The notes: a model not told the origin generated them from the sequence alone. DNA of 64,000 bases from an uncultured Aminicenantes bacterium (GCA_965195285.1 CBDAFS010000062.1:32001-96000), one strand, 5' to 3'; positions 10,343 through 21,095 are shown, numbered from the stretch's first letter. Translations and numbers: made by a program.

Positions 10343-10867
10343 TTACCTGACAAAATACGCCTCCACCACCACACTCGCCTTAACACCCTCGGGAGATTTG
10401 GCAATTTTCAAATTTTTCATAAAGATGATCCGGTCCATTTGCTCGATTTCATGGACCATTTTTTTCAGGTTTTGATAACGCCCTACGGCTTCAAATCCGA
10501 TTGACACCTGGACAATTTGGCGAGTTATATTCTTTATATCATAGCCCAACCGAGACGAATTTAATAGGTTTCTTTTCAATAGGGATTCAAATCGACCCTT
10601 AAAATCAGAAAATTCACCAAATGGTAACAGTAATTCTCTTTTGAAACGGTTGAAGGATTTTTCTACCTGAAGCCAATCCCGGTGAGACTTTTTCAGTTGT
10701 AAGAACTCAATTTCTTTAGACTTGAGCTTTTGAATCTCGGTTTTTATATTTCCCCTGGAGAACTTTTTTATGGAGGAATGGGAAAAAGCAAAAACCAAAA
10801 ATACCAGGCCCAGAATAAAAATTCCGGAAACGGTGTATACCAGGTATTTAATTCCTTTCATTTTCAA
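10343..10867 (-). CDS. PilO/GspM-like protein
   Basis: Single TM helix, coiled coil, GRYQNLKKMVHEIEQMDRII motif; operon position. Confidence 0.75.
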   Translation of the reverse strand: MKMKGIKYLVYTVSGIFILGLVFLVFAFSHSSIKKFSRGNIKTEIQKLKSKEIEFLQLKKSHRDWLQVEKSFNRFKRELLLPFGEFSDFKGRFESLLKRNLLNSSRLGYDIKNITRQIVQVSIGFEAVGRYQNLKKMVHEIEQMDRIIFMKNLKIAKSPEGVKASVVVEAYFVR

Positions 10868-11393
10868 TTTTGATCACAACACTGGATTTTGCTAACCCTT
10901 TGGGTGTTACCGATTCCTTTATTATGGTCAGATTGAATCGGGCCAGATTGCGGTACAAATCCATCAGTCTCTTGAAGGAACCGGATACAAAATCAAGTTG
11001 AATACCAGATTTGGAATCGTTCTGAATGATGACCGAATTCAGAAAAACCCCGTCCGGAATTTGCTCCTCCAGAATATTGAAGATGCTTAGCATGGAAAAG
11101 CGCTTTCTGCCAATCAGGGAGTTGGATAATCGCACTCTTTTGTCCCACTTTTTCTTGATTTTTCCGATTTCACTCCGGTTATCATCCATCATCTGGGAAA
11201 CATGCCTTAATTTATCCTTTAATAATACCAATTCCTTGCGTTCTATCCTTTCCTGCCTGGTCTCATCAAATAATCTCTCCATTCCGAATACAATACACAG
11301 TAGAGAAATCAAGAGCAGGCCAACCAGGATCGAGAATAACCGGACCCGGTTGATTTTTTTTTGGCTGGCGATATTGTATTTGATTTTTTTCAT
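10848..11393 (-). CDS. PilN/GspL-like protein
   Basis: TM helix, coiled coil, LEEQIPDGVFLNSV motif. Confidence 0.75.
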   Translation of the reverse strand: MKKIKYNIASQKKINRVRLFSILVGLLLISLLCIVFGMERLFDETRQERIERKELVLLKDKLRHVSQMMDDNRSEIGKIKKKWDKRVRLSNSLIGRKRFSMLSIFNILEEQIPDGVFLNSVIIQNDSKSGIQLDFVSGSFKRLMDLYRNLARFNLTIIKESVTPKGLAKSSVVIKIENERN

Positions 11394-11394
11394 T

Positions 11395-12183
11395 TCAACC
11401 CGGCAAGAACAATCTTTTCCCCTGATCAGGCTTCAGTGTTTTCAACTCCAATTTTCCCAATTCCTGCTGAATCCCGGTCAGCGGCTCATCATTATGGGAG
11501 ATGAGGGCATAGCTGGCCGGTTTTCTGCCGAAATTACTGGCCACAAACCTCAGGGTTTTCTTCAGCTCATCAATCATCTCTTCTCCCCTTTCAATTCTGA
11601 ATTTTCTAATATAAAAGGGTATGGAATGGCTTTGAAAGACAACAATACATAAACCATTATCAATCTCTATAAAAAAGTCCGGAAGACTTTTTCCCCGGAA
11701 AACATGGTTCATGATTTCAATGGTGGAGTTTCCAAAAAAAGTCAAAGGCCGCTGACAATCAGTGAATACATTTTCAATACTCTCCTTCAGGTCCTTTCTG
11801 AACAGAATGGATAAGATTTTTTTCCGGTCCAGTTTAAAAAAATGATTTTCATATTGATTGATATCCTCGGGAAATTGCTTTTTTATTTTCCATTCAATCA
11901 GATCTTTCATCAGGTGTTCCCTCAGGGGGATCCGGTCAAATTCAAGAATATTGAATATAAAATGGCTGGAGCTCAGAATCACTCCGGTCTCGGATTCTTT
12001 AGGTATCTTATCGAGCATTTCGCGGAATTTGTCAGAATTGATTTCAAAAACAGATATCTGCTCACAGGTTTCCTGCTTTTCAACATGCTGATTTTGAACC
12101 CGGTATAATTCAATGTATTCCTCTCCCAGGTAAAAAAACCGAACCGGAGTCCGGTACCTAACAAACAGCTTCATTATGTCCAT
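11395..12183 (-). CDS. Divergent PilM-like cytoplasmic assembly protein
   Basis: Position between ATPase and PilN-like gene; LIEWKIKKQFP resembles the PilM helix; short and divergent. Confidence 0.55.
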   Translation of the reverse strand: MDIMKLFVRYRTPVRFFYLGEEYIELYRVQNQHVEKQETCEQISVFEINSDKFREMLDKIPKESETGVILSSSHFIFNILEFDRIPLREHLMKDLIEWKIKKQFPEDINQYENHFFKLDRKKILSILFRKDLKESIENVFTDCQRPLTFFGNSTIEIMNHVFRGKSLPDFFIEIDNGLCIVVFQSHSIPFYIRKFRIERGEEMIDELKKTLRFVASNFGRKPASYALISHNDEPLTGIQQELGKLELKTLKPDQGKRLFLPG

Positions 12184-13709
12184 TCTTTTACGGTCACCCT
12201 GTTTAATTCATTCAAAGAAGTGACACCCTTTCTTACTTTTTCCAGGCCATTCTTTCTAATCGGGGTCATTCCGTTTTTTATGGCAACTTTTTTTATTTCA
12301 GAAGTGGGTTTTTTATCCAGAATCATTTCCTTGATTTCATCGGTCAATTCAAGGGTTTCTCCAATTGCGGTCCGGCCTAAATACCCGGTACCCGAACATT
12401 CCTGACAGCCCGTCGATTGATAGATGGTGGTACCGACATCCTCTCTTTTTATCCGGTTGAATTCCAGATAGGCCTCGCTCAGGGTATGGGATTTTTTGCA
12501 CTCCTTGCACAGAATCCTGACCAGACGCTGGGCAATAATACAGTTCAAAGAGGAAATAAAGCTATAGGTATCCACACCCATATGGATGAACCTGCCCAGG
12601 ACATCAAATACATTATTGGCATGTACCGTAGTAAAAACCAGATGGCCGGTAAGGGCTGACTGTATGGCGATCTGGGCTGTTTCCGGATCCCTTATTTCTC
12701 CGACCATGATTTTATCCGGATCATGCCTGAGTATGCTGCGAAGCCCCCGTGCAAAAGTCAGACCTTTTTTTTCATTGACCGGAATCTGGGTAATTTCATC
12801 GATCTGGTACTCAACCGGATCCTCAATGGTAATGATCTTGTCTTCCGGATTTTTGATCTCGTTCAGGGCGGCATACAGGGTGGTGGTTTTCCCGCTCCCG
12901 GTGGGTCCGGTAACCAGAAACATACCGTAGGGTTGTTTGATATAATACTCAATTTGCTCCAATAACAGGGGATCGAATCCCAGTTGCTGCAGTTTCAATT
13001 CACCGATATTTTCGGTAATCATTTCCCGGTCCAGAATTCTAATTACCGCGTTTTCACCGAATATTGCGGGCATAATCGAGACCCTGAAATCAATGGTTTT
13101 ATGCTTGAATTTCATCCTGAATCGCCCATCCTGTGGAATGCGCCTCTCTGCAATATCAAGCTCGGAAATAACCTTCAAGCGGGTGATCAAGGGAGAATGA
13201 TACATCTTATCCAGGGGATCCATGACTTGATTCAGAATCCCGTCGATTCTGAATTTGACGATCACCGAATGTCCGTTTGCTTCGATATGAATATCAGAAG
13301 ATCTTTTGTTCACTGCAGAAAAAACAATATTATTCCATAGTTTTATGATAGAATCATCTTCTTCGGTTATTTTCTCAATGGTCAAGGATTCATCTTCAAT
13401 TTCTTCAATCTTCTTTTTCAGAAAAAAACTTTCGGTTTTGTCCTTCAGGACTTTGGTAAAGGTATCACTTTTTTTCAGTATTTTTTCAATCTCATCCCTT
13501 TTGGCTTTGAAAGGCAGGATCTTTTTCCGAATGTAGTTTTCAACATTGGAAATTATTTCCAGGTTTTCCGGATCAACCATGGCAATTTCAATGGAATTGC
13601 CATTGTCCTTGAGGGGGAAAAATGCATTTTTGATTAAAAATTCAGCCGGAAACTTGGCCAGCAGATCATAATCAATCTTGAAATTTTTTAAATTCACTTC
13701 TTTAATCAA
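12174..13709 (-). CDS. pilB: Pilus/T2SS assembly ATPase (PilB/GspE family)
   Basis: SDIHIE, LDIAERRIPQDGR, Walker A GPTGSGKTTT, LRHDPDKIMVGEIRD, TGHLVFTTVHAN, tetracysteine motif. Confidence 0.93.
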   Translation of the reverse strand: MIKEVNLKNFKIDYDLLAKFPAEFLIKNAFFPLKDNGNSIEIAMVDPENLEIISNVENYIRKKILPFKAKRDEIEKILKKSDTFTKVLKDKTESFFLKKKIEEIEDESLTIEKITEEDDSIIKLWNNIVFSAVNKRSSDIHIEANGHSVIVKFRIDGILNQVMDPLDKMYHSPLITRLKVISELDIAERRIPQDGRFRMKFKHKTIDFRVSIMPAIFGENAVIRILDREMITENIGELKLQQLGFDPLLLEQIEYYIKQPYGMFLVTGPTGSGKTTTLYAALNEIKNPEDKIITIEDPVEYQIDEITQIPVNEKKGLTFARGLRSILRHDPDKIMVGEIRDPETAQIAIQSALTGHLVFTTVHANNVFDVLGRFIHMGVDTYSFISSLNCIIAQRLVRILCKECKKSHTLSEAYLEFNRIKREDVGTTIYQSTGCQECSGTGYLGRTAIGETLELTDEIKEMILDKKPTSEIKKVAIKNGMTPIRKNGLEKVRKGVTSLNELNRVTVKEWT

Positions 13710-14914
13710 TGGACCACCTGTACGGATTGAAAAATGGGCAAGTATACCGACATCAACATGAAGGCAACCACCAACCCCAATATGATGATTAAAATTGGTT
13801 CTATCAAAGAGGTCATGGAATTTATTTTGAGGTCAATGGAATTCTCATAATATTCGGCATTCTTATCCAGAACATCGATCAGGTTTCCGGATGATTCCCC
13901 CACCCGGATGATTTCGGTCATCATGTTCGGAACAAAACTCACATCTTCCAGAACATCCGACAGGACATTTCCTCCCCTGATTTTTTCAGGGATGTCCTTT
14001 ATTTTTAAATAGAAAAAACAGTTCGAAAAAGTCTCTACCGCAATGGCCGTAGCCTCGGGAACCGGAATCCCCCCGGAAATAAGTACAGAGAGTGTCCTTG
14101 AAAAAACAGCCAGGGCATTTTCCAGGATCATTCGTCCCATGAATGGAGTTCTGGTTTTCATGTAGTCCAGAATAACAATTTTTTCACTATGCCTTTCAAT
14201 CACTTTAACCAGGATATAAAGAAGAGCCAGGATAAAAATGAAGGTCAGGAAATTCTCTTTTAAAAACTCGGCAAGCGAAAGTAACATCAAGGTGGTGGTG
14301 GGCAATTGAGATTCAAAGCTGGCATAAAAAGATGAGAATTTCGGGATGGCATATATCAAAATAACCAGAACCATCAGCACCATGAAGGTCAATAAAATGA
14401 CCGGATAGCTGAGACCGCTGAGTATTTTACGTCTCAGTGTAGCAATTTTATCCAGATACTGGTTGAATTTCTCCAGAATCGATTCCAGATTCCCGCTTTT
14501 TTCGCCGGCCAGTAAAGAGGCCCGGTAGATTTTTTGAAAGGGTATCAAATTGGATGAAAAGGCATCTGAAATTTGAATTCCATTTTTTATATCTGATTCA
14601 ATTTTGATCAATATTTCCTTTAAATTTCCCTCTTTTGAATTTTTTATGATAATGCCCAGGGCTTTAATAAAAGAAACCCCTGATCTTAGCAGGGTAATTA
14701 ATTTTTGATTGAAAAGCAAAAACTCCGAACATTTGATTTTTTTTGAAAACAGCTTGGACAGACTGGCATTGTGCATATACAACTTTCTTATGGTAAAGAG
14801 TTTTTCGTCTGCATTTTTATACGATTCTTTCAATTCATTCCGGCTTTCCCCAAAAAGAATCCTCTGATTGAAGTGGCCCTTTTCATTGACAAAAGTACAC
14901 TTGAAATATGGCAT
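13706..14914 (-). CDS. pilC: Inner-membrane platform protein (PilC/GspF family)
   Basis: Two GspF repeats (AGEKSGNL, VGESSGNL), LSYPVILL, SLIEPILII. Confidence 0.92.
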   Translation of the reverse strand: MPYFKCTFVNEKGHFNQRILFGESRNELKESYKNADEKLFTIRKLYMHNASLSKLFSKKIKCSEFLLFNQKLITLLRSGVSFIKALGIIIKNSKEGNLKEILIKIESDIKNGIQISDAFSSNLIPFQKIYRASLLAGEKSGNLESILEKFNQYLDKIATLRRKILSGLSYPVILLTFMVLMVLVILIYAIPKFSSFYASFESQLPTTTLMLLSLAEFLKENFLTFIFILALLYILVKVIERHSEKIVILDYMKTRTPFMGRMILENALAVFSRTLSVLISGGIPVPEATAIAVETFSNCFFYLKIKDIPEKIRGGNVLSDVLEDVSFVPNMMTEIIRVGESSGNLIDVLDKNAEYYENSIDLKINSMTSLIEPILIIILGLVVAFMLMSVYLPIFQSVQVVH

Positions 14915-16176
14915 TATAGAACCGTCCTATCGGGAAAATAATTTCTCAGAATATCGGGCACCTTGATTTTTTCCTTCTCAGTTTGATAGTTCTCCATTAT
15001 GGCAGCCACGGTTCTTCCCACTGCCAGTCCCGATCCATTAATGGTATGAACAAAAAATTTTCCGCTTCCGGTTTTATACTTGATTTTGGCTCGCCGGGCC
15101 TGAAAATCTACAAAGTTTGAACAGGAGGAAATCTCAACATATTTTTTCCTGGCCGGCATCCACACTTCCAGGTCATAAGTTTTCGAAGAAGAAAAGGACA
15201 GATCAGCGCTACATAGTATCACCACCCGGTAATGCAAATTCAATTTCTGCAATATGGTCTCGGCATCACGGGTAAGTTGATCCAATTCATGGTTGGAACT
15301 CTCGGCAGCCGAAAACTTCAAAAGCTCAACCTTATTGAATTGATGCTGCCTGATAATTCCCCTCACATCTTTTCCATGCGATCCGGCTTCACTCCGAAAA
15401 CAGGGTGTATAGGCCACATATGATTTTGGAAGTTCTGACTCCGGAATTACCTCCTCGCGATGAATATTGGTCAACGGAACTTCAGCGGTGGGAATCAAGT
15501 AGAGATTATGGTTTTCTACCTTGAACAGATCATCTTTGAACTTGGGTAAATTCCCGGTCCCCACCAGGCTTTCCGCATTCACCAGAAAGGGAGGCAACAC
15601 CTCGGTGTACCCATTTTCCAGGGTATGGGTATTCAGCATGAAATCAATCAGAATCCGCTCCAGTTTGGCCAGGGAATCAAAATACAGGGCAAACCGGGAA
15701 CCCGAAATTTTCGCAGCCCGCGGTAAGTCCAAAAAGCCGTTCAGTTCTCCCAATTCCCAATGGGATCTGGGATTGAAGTCAAAGACTGGTTTTTCTCCCC
15801 ATTCTCTGACCACCTGGTTTTCCGATTCATCCTTACCGATAGGAACAGAATCATCGATCAGATTGGGAATATTCAGTAGAATTTCCTGAAATTTTTTCTC
15901 AATAACAACCAAATCCGCTTCTATCCTGGATATTTCCCCAGTAAAAACATTTGTCTGATCCTCCAGCTCCCGGGTATCCTGATTTTTCCTTTTCAGCAGG
16001 CCAATCTCTTTGGTGATTCTTTTTTTCTCGCTTCGCAACTGTTCGGACCGGGTGATTAATTGTCTTCTATCCTCATCTATTTCAACAAATGAACGAACAT
16101 CAAAACCGACACCCTTGGCCGCACTTTTTTCGGCAACCATATCCAGATTATTCCTGAGGAAATGCATGTCCAGCAT
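14914..16176 (-). CDS. serS: Serine--tRNA ligase
   Basis: N-terminal coiled coil, LIPTAEVP, FRSEAGSHG, RQHQFNKVE, EISSCSN, HTINGSGLAVGR. Confidence 0.98.
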   Translation of the reverse strand: MLDMHFLRNNLDMVAEKSAAKGVGFDVRSFVEIDEDRRQLITRSEQLRSEKKRITKEIGLLKRKNQDTRELEDQTNVFTGEISRIEADLVVIEKKFQEILLNIPNLIDDSVPIGKDESENQVVREWGEKPVFDFNPRSHWELGELNGFLDLPRAAKISGSRFALYFDSLAKLERILIDFMLNTHTLENGYTEVLPPFLVNAESLVGTGNLPKFKDDLFKVENHNLYLIPTAEVPLTNIHREEVIPESELPKSYVAYTPCFRSEAGSHGKDVRGIIRQHQFNKVELLKFSAAESSNHELDQLTRDAETILQKLNLHYRVVILCSADLSFSSSKTYDLEVWMPARKKYVEISSCSNFVDFQARRAKIKYKTGSGKFFVHTINGSGLAVGRTVAAIMENYQTEKEKIKVPDILRNYFPDRTVL

Positions 16177-16264
16177 GGGGAAATTATATCATATGGAGCT
16201 AAATACTGCAAAGAAGGATTATGCTTACAGATCTAAAAAATATTGCCGGTTTTTTTGACCAGCC

Positions 16265-17110
16265 CTATTTATTCATTAATATTTTGGCATCCTCCACAAA
16301 TTCTATGATTTTATTTTCTTTCTTCAATTCGGCCAGTATCCGGTTGATCTCCTTTAAAAACTTCGGGTTCCCTTTTTTGACAGCGATGGCAGAACCCAGC
16401 AACGTATCATAGGCACCGGAATGACACTCAATATTAATCAGGTCTTTGTGACGCATGACAAATGACTCGGCAACAGGTCTTTCCAGAATCGCAGTATCAA
16501 TTTTTTTATTTTTTAAATCGTCAATAAGCTCATTTACAGTATCTTTTACAATAAACTCAGCTCCAACAACCTGTTTTTGTATCATTTCATGTTGAATGGA
16601 ACCCCTTTGGGTGCCAACTCTCTTTCCCCTTAAATCTCTTAAATATGTGATTTTATCGGAATCTGCAGCTCGAATGACCATGTTTTGTATAGCCTGATAG
16701 TAAATGTCAGAAAAATCAACATATTTTTTTCTTCTTTCCGAAGGCACTAAGCCAGCAATGACCATATCGACTTCATCTGAGGTTAAAACATCAAATATCT
16801 TATGAAAAATTACCTCTTTTATTTCAAGCTTAACGCCCAGATCTCTGGCAATTTCCTTGGCAATATCAACATCCAGTCCCACGATCTCTCCCTGGCGATC
16901 ATTGAGCAGGTGAAATTCATACGGAGGATAATCTGGGCTGGTTCCTACCACCAGTTTCCCGGCTTTTTTAATCTGATCAAGTTTGGATACGGCTTTGTCT
17001 GCTTTGGTTTCCGACTGGCTATTGGCAGAAATAGTGAAAAAGACCAATACCACTACCAATAGAAGCACCAAAGATGGAATCTTTCTGATAATATTGCGTT
17101 TACTTCCCAT
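16265..17110 (-). CDS. Amino-acid ABC transporter substrate-binding protein (family 3)
   Basis: Signal peptide, GKLVVGTSPDYPPYEF, GLDVDIAKEIA, VDFSDIYY, VGTQRGS; GGAGG RBS. Confidence 0.93.
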   Translation of the reverse strand: MGSKRNIIRKIPSLVLLLVVVLVFFTISANSQSETKADKAVSKLDQIKKAGKLVVGTSPDYPPYEFHLLNDRQGEIVGLDVDIAKEIARDLGVKLEIKEVIFHKIFDVLTSDEVDMVIAGLVPSERRKKYVDFSDIYYQAIQNMVIRAADSDKITYLRDLRGKRVGTQRGSIQHEMIQKQVVGAEFIVKDTVNELIDDLKNKKIDTAILERPVAESFVMRHKDLINIECHSGAYDTLLGSAIAVKKGNPKFLKEINRILAELKKENKIIEFVEDAKILMNK

Positions 17111-17292
17111 TTTTACCTCCAGTTCATTGTTTCGTAAAGATTTTATGTATATATAATAATATAATTTATTTAAAATTAACAGTCATAAAATTTAGAATTT
17201 TGTTTATTTATTGATAAAGCTGGAAAAAAGGGGGATAATCCGGGTCTGCCAAGCGGTTGCTTTTTCCCGGTACTTAATTTATAATATTGGTA

Positions 17293-18585
17293 ATGAGAAA
17301 ATTATTCTGTCTATTACTTCTCTTGATGACCTGGCCGGTTTTCATCTCTTCAACCATTATCAAACTCAAAATCGACGGTCCCATTGACACCATTACCGAG
17401 GAATATATCAGTGACTATTTTGAGAAAATGAAAGGGAGGAAGGATCTCAAACTGACCGTCATTGAAATCGATACTCCCGGTGGCTTCGATACCTCCATGA
17501 GAGCCATCATAAAAAACATCTTGAATTCACCCGTACCGGTTGCCGTATACGTATCGCCCCGGGGAGCCCGGGCCGCCTCAGCCGGCTTTTTCATCACTAT
17601 TTCTGCGGATATCGCTTCCATGGCACCCGGAACCAATATGGGGGCTGCCAGCCCGGTGGCCATATCGGGACAGAAAATCGAAGAAACCATGAAAAAAAAG
17701 ATTACCAACGATGCGGTTTCATATGCCAAGGCCCTGGCCAAAAGCAAAAATAGAAATATGGAGCTCTCGGAAAAGGCAGTCCGAGAAAGCATGTCTTACA
17801 CCGCCGAAGAATGTTTTAACAGCAAACTCATTGAATATATTGCCGAGGATATCGACCACCTGATCGAACAACTGGAGGGCCGTGAAATCACCCTGGCGAG
17901 CGGGAAAAAAGTACGACTTCAATTAAAGGGTGAACGAATCGAAACCTTCTCAATGAGTGGAAGACAAAAATTTCTGAGAACCATCACCAATCCCAACCTG
18001 GCTTATTTTCTCCTGATTTTCGGACTTATCGGACTTTATCTGGAATTTACCCACCCGGGAATCATAATCCCGGGGGTGCTGGGTGGTATTTTCCTGCTGC
18101 TGGCCTTTCTGGCCTTTCAGATACTGCCCATCAATTACGTGGGCCTGTTATTGATCCTGCTCTCAATCGGTTTTTTTATAGCTGAAATAAAAATCCAGGG
18201 TTTCGGCATGCTGGGAATCGGCGGTGTCATTTCTTTTCTTTTGGGTTCAATCATGTTGATCAATGCCCCGGTTCCCGAAATGAGGCCAACCATGTCAATC
18301 ATCATCACTTTTTCCATTTGTTTTGGCTTAATCATATTATTTCTGAGTTTTAAGGTGATTACAGCCATGAAAAAAAAGACCGTAACCGGCCAGGAAGGCC
18401 TGACCGGAGAAATCGGAATCGCCAAAGGCGATATCAACCGTATTTCCGGGAAAGTATTTGCCCATGGAGAATGGTGGAATGCGGTATCCGATGAGGATAT
18501 CCCGGCCGGCTCCAAGGTCAAAATCGTATCCGTACAAGAATTTACCTTGAAAGTAAAAGCAACCAATAATCAAGACAACCAATAG
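17293..18585 (+). CDS. nfeD: NfeD family membrane-bound serine protease (ClpP class)
   Basis: IDTPGG, ARAASAG, MAPGTNMGAASP, TM bundle, C-terminal OB fold (GEWWNA). Confidence 0.93.
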   Translation: MRKLFCLLLLLMTWPVFISSTIIKLKIDGPIDTITEEYISDYFEKMKGRKDLKLTVIEIDTPGGFDTSMRAIIKNILNSPVPVAVYVSPRGARAASAGFFITISADIASMAPGTNMGAASPVAISGQKIEETMKKKITNDAVSYAKALAKSKNRNMELSEKAVRESMSYTAEECFNSKLIEYIAEDIDHLIEQLEGREITLASGKKVRLQLKGERIETFSMSGRQKFLRTITNPNLAYFLLIFGLIGLYLEFTHPGIIIPGVLGGIFLLLAFLAFQILPINYVGLLLILLSIGFFIAEIKIQGFGMLGIGGVISFLLGSIMLINAPVPEMRPTMSIIITFSICFGLIILFLSFKVITAMKKKTVTGQEGLTGEIGIAKGDINRISGKVFAHGEWWNAVSDEDIPAGSKVKIVSVQEFTLKVKATNNQDNQ

Positions 18586-18594
18586 GAGGAAAAC

Positions 18595-19341
18595 ATGCCT
18601 ACCATTTTGATAACTATTATAATTATCATTTTATTACTTATCTTGAACTGGATAAAAGTGTTAAAGGAATATGAACGGGGAGTTATCTTCAGACTGGGAA
18701 GGGTACTGGAAAAACCCAAGGGACCGGGACTGATTATTGTTATGTATCCCATTGATAAAATGGTAAAGATCAGTTTGAGATTAATCGTACTGGATGTGCC
18801 TCCTCAGGATGTGATTACCAGGGATAATGTTTCTGTCAAAGTCAATGCAGTAGTCTACTGCCGGGTCCTGAATCCGACAAGGGCCGTGATTGAGGTCCAG
18901 GATTACCTCTATGCGACTTCACAATTATCCCAGACCACACTCAGATCGGTTCTGGGGCAGGTTGAACTCGACGAATTGTTATCAGAAAGAGATAAGTTAA
19001 ATCAGAAGCTTCAGGAAATAATTGATGAACATACCGATCCCTGGGGTATCAAGGTTTCGATGGTTGAAATAAAATATGTGGACCTTCCCCAGGAAATGCA
19101 GAGAGCCATGGCCAAGCAGGCAGAAGCCGAACGGGAAAGACGGGCCAAGGTCATACATGCTGATGGAGAATTCCAGGCCTCGGATAAGCTGCTGCAAGCT
19201 GCCAACAAAATGTCACAGAATCCCACAACCATCCAATTGAGATACCTACAGACCCTGGTGGACATTTCCGCTGATAACACCTCCACCATTGTATTCCCTC
19301 TGCCCATTGAAATGCTGAAAGGACTGTTCGCAACGAAGTAA
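18595..19341 (+). CDS. SPFH/stomatin (slipin) family protein
   Basis: [43 protein letters not shown]. Confidence 0.95.
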   Translation: MPTILITIIIIILLLILNWIKVLKEYERGVIFRLGRVLEKPKGPGLIIVMYPIDKMVKISLRLIVLDVPPQDVITRDNVSVKVNAVVYCRVLNPTRAVIEVQDYLYATSQLSQTTLRSVLGQVELDELLSERDKLNQKLQEIIDEHTDPWGIKVSMVEIKYVDLPQEMQRAMAKQAEAERERRAKVIHADGEFQASDKLLQAANKMSQNPTTIQLRYLQTLVDISADNTSTIVFPLPIEMLKGLFATK

Positions 19342-19342
19342 A

Positions 19343-19888
19343 ATGGCTGCATCTGACAAATCCTATCTGGAGATCAAGGTTACCTTCATCCATATTGTTG
19401 TTCTTTTAAGCGCGGTTATACTCATTGGAATCTTCCTCTTTTACCTGGGTTTTCAGGCCGGGAAATCTTCGATAAGAAACCAATTCACCACCTCATCGAT
19501 TACCAATACTGCCGGGGATGCAGAAAAAATCGAACTGACTGAAACCGGCTCTGGTCCGGGTGATTCCAGCAACAAATCGAAAATCGATAGCGAGATAAAA
19601 CTGCATAAAGATTCGGATGACGGAAGACTTAGGACCAAGGCCGTGAAAAAAGAATCATACTTTACCATTCAAGTCGGTGCCTATGCTGATTTTTCCAATG
19701 CCAGAACTGAATCCGATAAATTCAGCCGCCTGGGCTACCACACCGAAATATTATCCACACTGCAAGAAAACCAGAAGTTGTTTCGGGTCAGGGTCGGGAA
19801 ATTTAAAACCCTAGAAAAAGCCCAGAAGGAAAAAGCCAAGCTGGAAAAAAAAGATAAACGGAATTTTGATATCATCAAGCCGAATTAA
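19343..19888 (+). CDS. SPOR domain membrane protein (FtsN/DedD-like)
   Basis: N-terminal TM helix, low-complexity linker, FTIQVGAY...FRVRVGKF SPOR domain. Confidence 0.88.
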   Translation: MAASDKSYLEIKVTFIHIVVLLSAVILIGIFLFYLGFQAGKSSIRNQFTTSSITNTAGDAEKIELTETGSGPGDSSNKSKIDSEIKLHKDSDDGRLRTKAVKKESYFTIQVGAYADFSNARTESDKFSRLGYHTEILSTLQENQKLFRVRVGKFKTLEKAQKEKAKLEKKDKRNFDIIKPN

Positions 19889-20012
19889 ATTTCCGTGGAC
19901 TTGGTTCAACTCCAGCCTTCAGAAAGAAACCAAACAATCAAATTGACACCATTTTCCAGCAAAACCTTTAAAAGAATGGGAATTATGGTAAAATAGGCTC
20001 TTGGAATTTGTC

Positions 20013-21050
20013 ATGGCAATGAAAAACGATAAAAACGGATACTTAACCTACAAGACCCCGGAAGGGAAAATTCGTACTTTTTCCGGAATACAGCCCTCCG
20101 GTGAAGTTCACATCGGAAACTACCTTGGAGCCATTTCCAACTGGATAACCTTTCTGGATCAGTATGAATGCTATTTTTGCATTGTTGATCACCATGCAAC
20201 CACCCTCACCTATGAGCCGGGAGAAATGCAAAACCGGATTTTCGATGCGGCCATTGCCAACATTGCTGCCGGCCTCGACCCGGAACGCTGTACCATTTTT
20301 GTCCAGAGTGAAGTCCCCCAGCACACCGAACTGGCCTGGGTCTTCAATACGGTTACACCCTTCGGAGACCTCTCCCGAATGACCCAGTTTAAGCAAAAAT
20401 CCAAGGAACACAGCGATAATATCAATGTGGGACTGTTTACCTACCCGATACTCCAGGCTGCGGATATACTGCTATACAAGGCCAGTGCCGTTCCGGTTGG
20501 AGAAGATCAGGTCCAGCACATCGAACTGGCCCGGGAGATCGCCCGTAAATTTAATTCCCGCTTCGGAGATGTTTTTCCCGAGTGCCAGGCCTATATCACT
20601 GAGGCCAAACGGATTATGGGGCTGGATGGAGAAAATAAAATGTCCAAAAGTCTGAATAACACCATCGGACTTCTGGAACCGCTTCCCGATATCTGGAAAA
20701 AACTGGCCCCGGCCATCACCGATCCCAGACGCCAGCGCCGGACTGATCCGGGAATCCCTGAAGACTGCAATGTGTTTACCAGCTACCATTTGCACTTCTC
20801 TCCCCGGGCCGATCTCGACTGGGTTCGGGAAGGCTGTACCACTGCCGGCATCGGCTGCCTGGAGTGCAAAAAGAGACTGTTTGAAAACATTGAAAAAATA
20901 CTACAACCCATACAGGAAAGAGCCGATCGATTAAAGTCCTGTCCGCATGATATACATGATATCCTTTCCGATGGGGCAAGAAAGGCAAAAAATATTGCCC
21001 GGGAAGTCATGGAAGATGTTTATTCGGCTATGGGCCTCAAGCGGAAATAG
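20013..21050 (+). CDS. trpS: Tryptophan--tRNA ligase
   Basis: FSGIQPSG-HIGNY, YPILQAADIL, VPVGEDQ, KMSKS; start codon uncertain (20001/20013/20019). Confidence 0.97.
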   Translation: MAMKNDKNGYLTYKTPEGKIRTFSGIQPSGEVHIGNYLGAISNWITFLDQYECYFCIVDHHATTLTYEPGEMQNRIFDAAIANIAAGLDPERCTIFVQSEVPQHTELAWVFNTVTPFGDLSRMTQFKQKSKEHSDNINVGLFTYPILQAADILLYKASAVPVGEDQVQHIELAREIARKFNSRFGDVFPECQAYITEAKRIMGLDGENKMSKSLNNTIGLLEPLPDIWKKLAPAITDPRRQRRTDPGIPEDCNVFTSYHLHFSPRADLDWVREGCTTAGIGCLECKKRLFENIEKILQPIQERADRLKSCPHDIHDILSDGARKAKNIAREVMEDVYSAMGLKRK

Positions 21051-21095
21051 ACAACCCTGAAGTCAGTTTTCCGGTCAGACCGATTACCTAAATGC

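Noticed and set aside
19897-19917. GGACTTGGTTCAACTCCAGCC resembles a tRNA/tmRNA T-arm
   Set aside because: No acceptor stem, D arm, anticodon arm or CCA end; the stem is only 3-4 bp.
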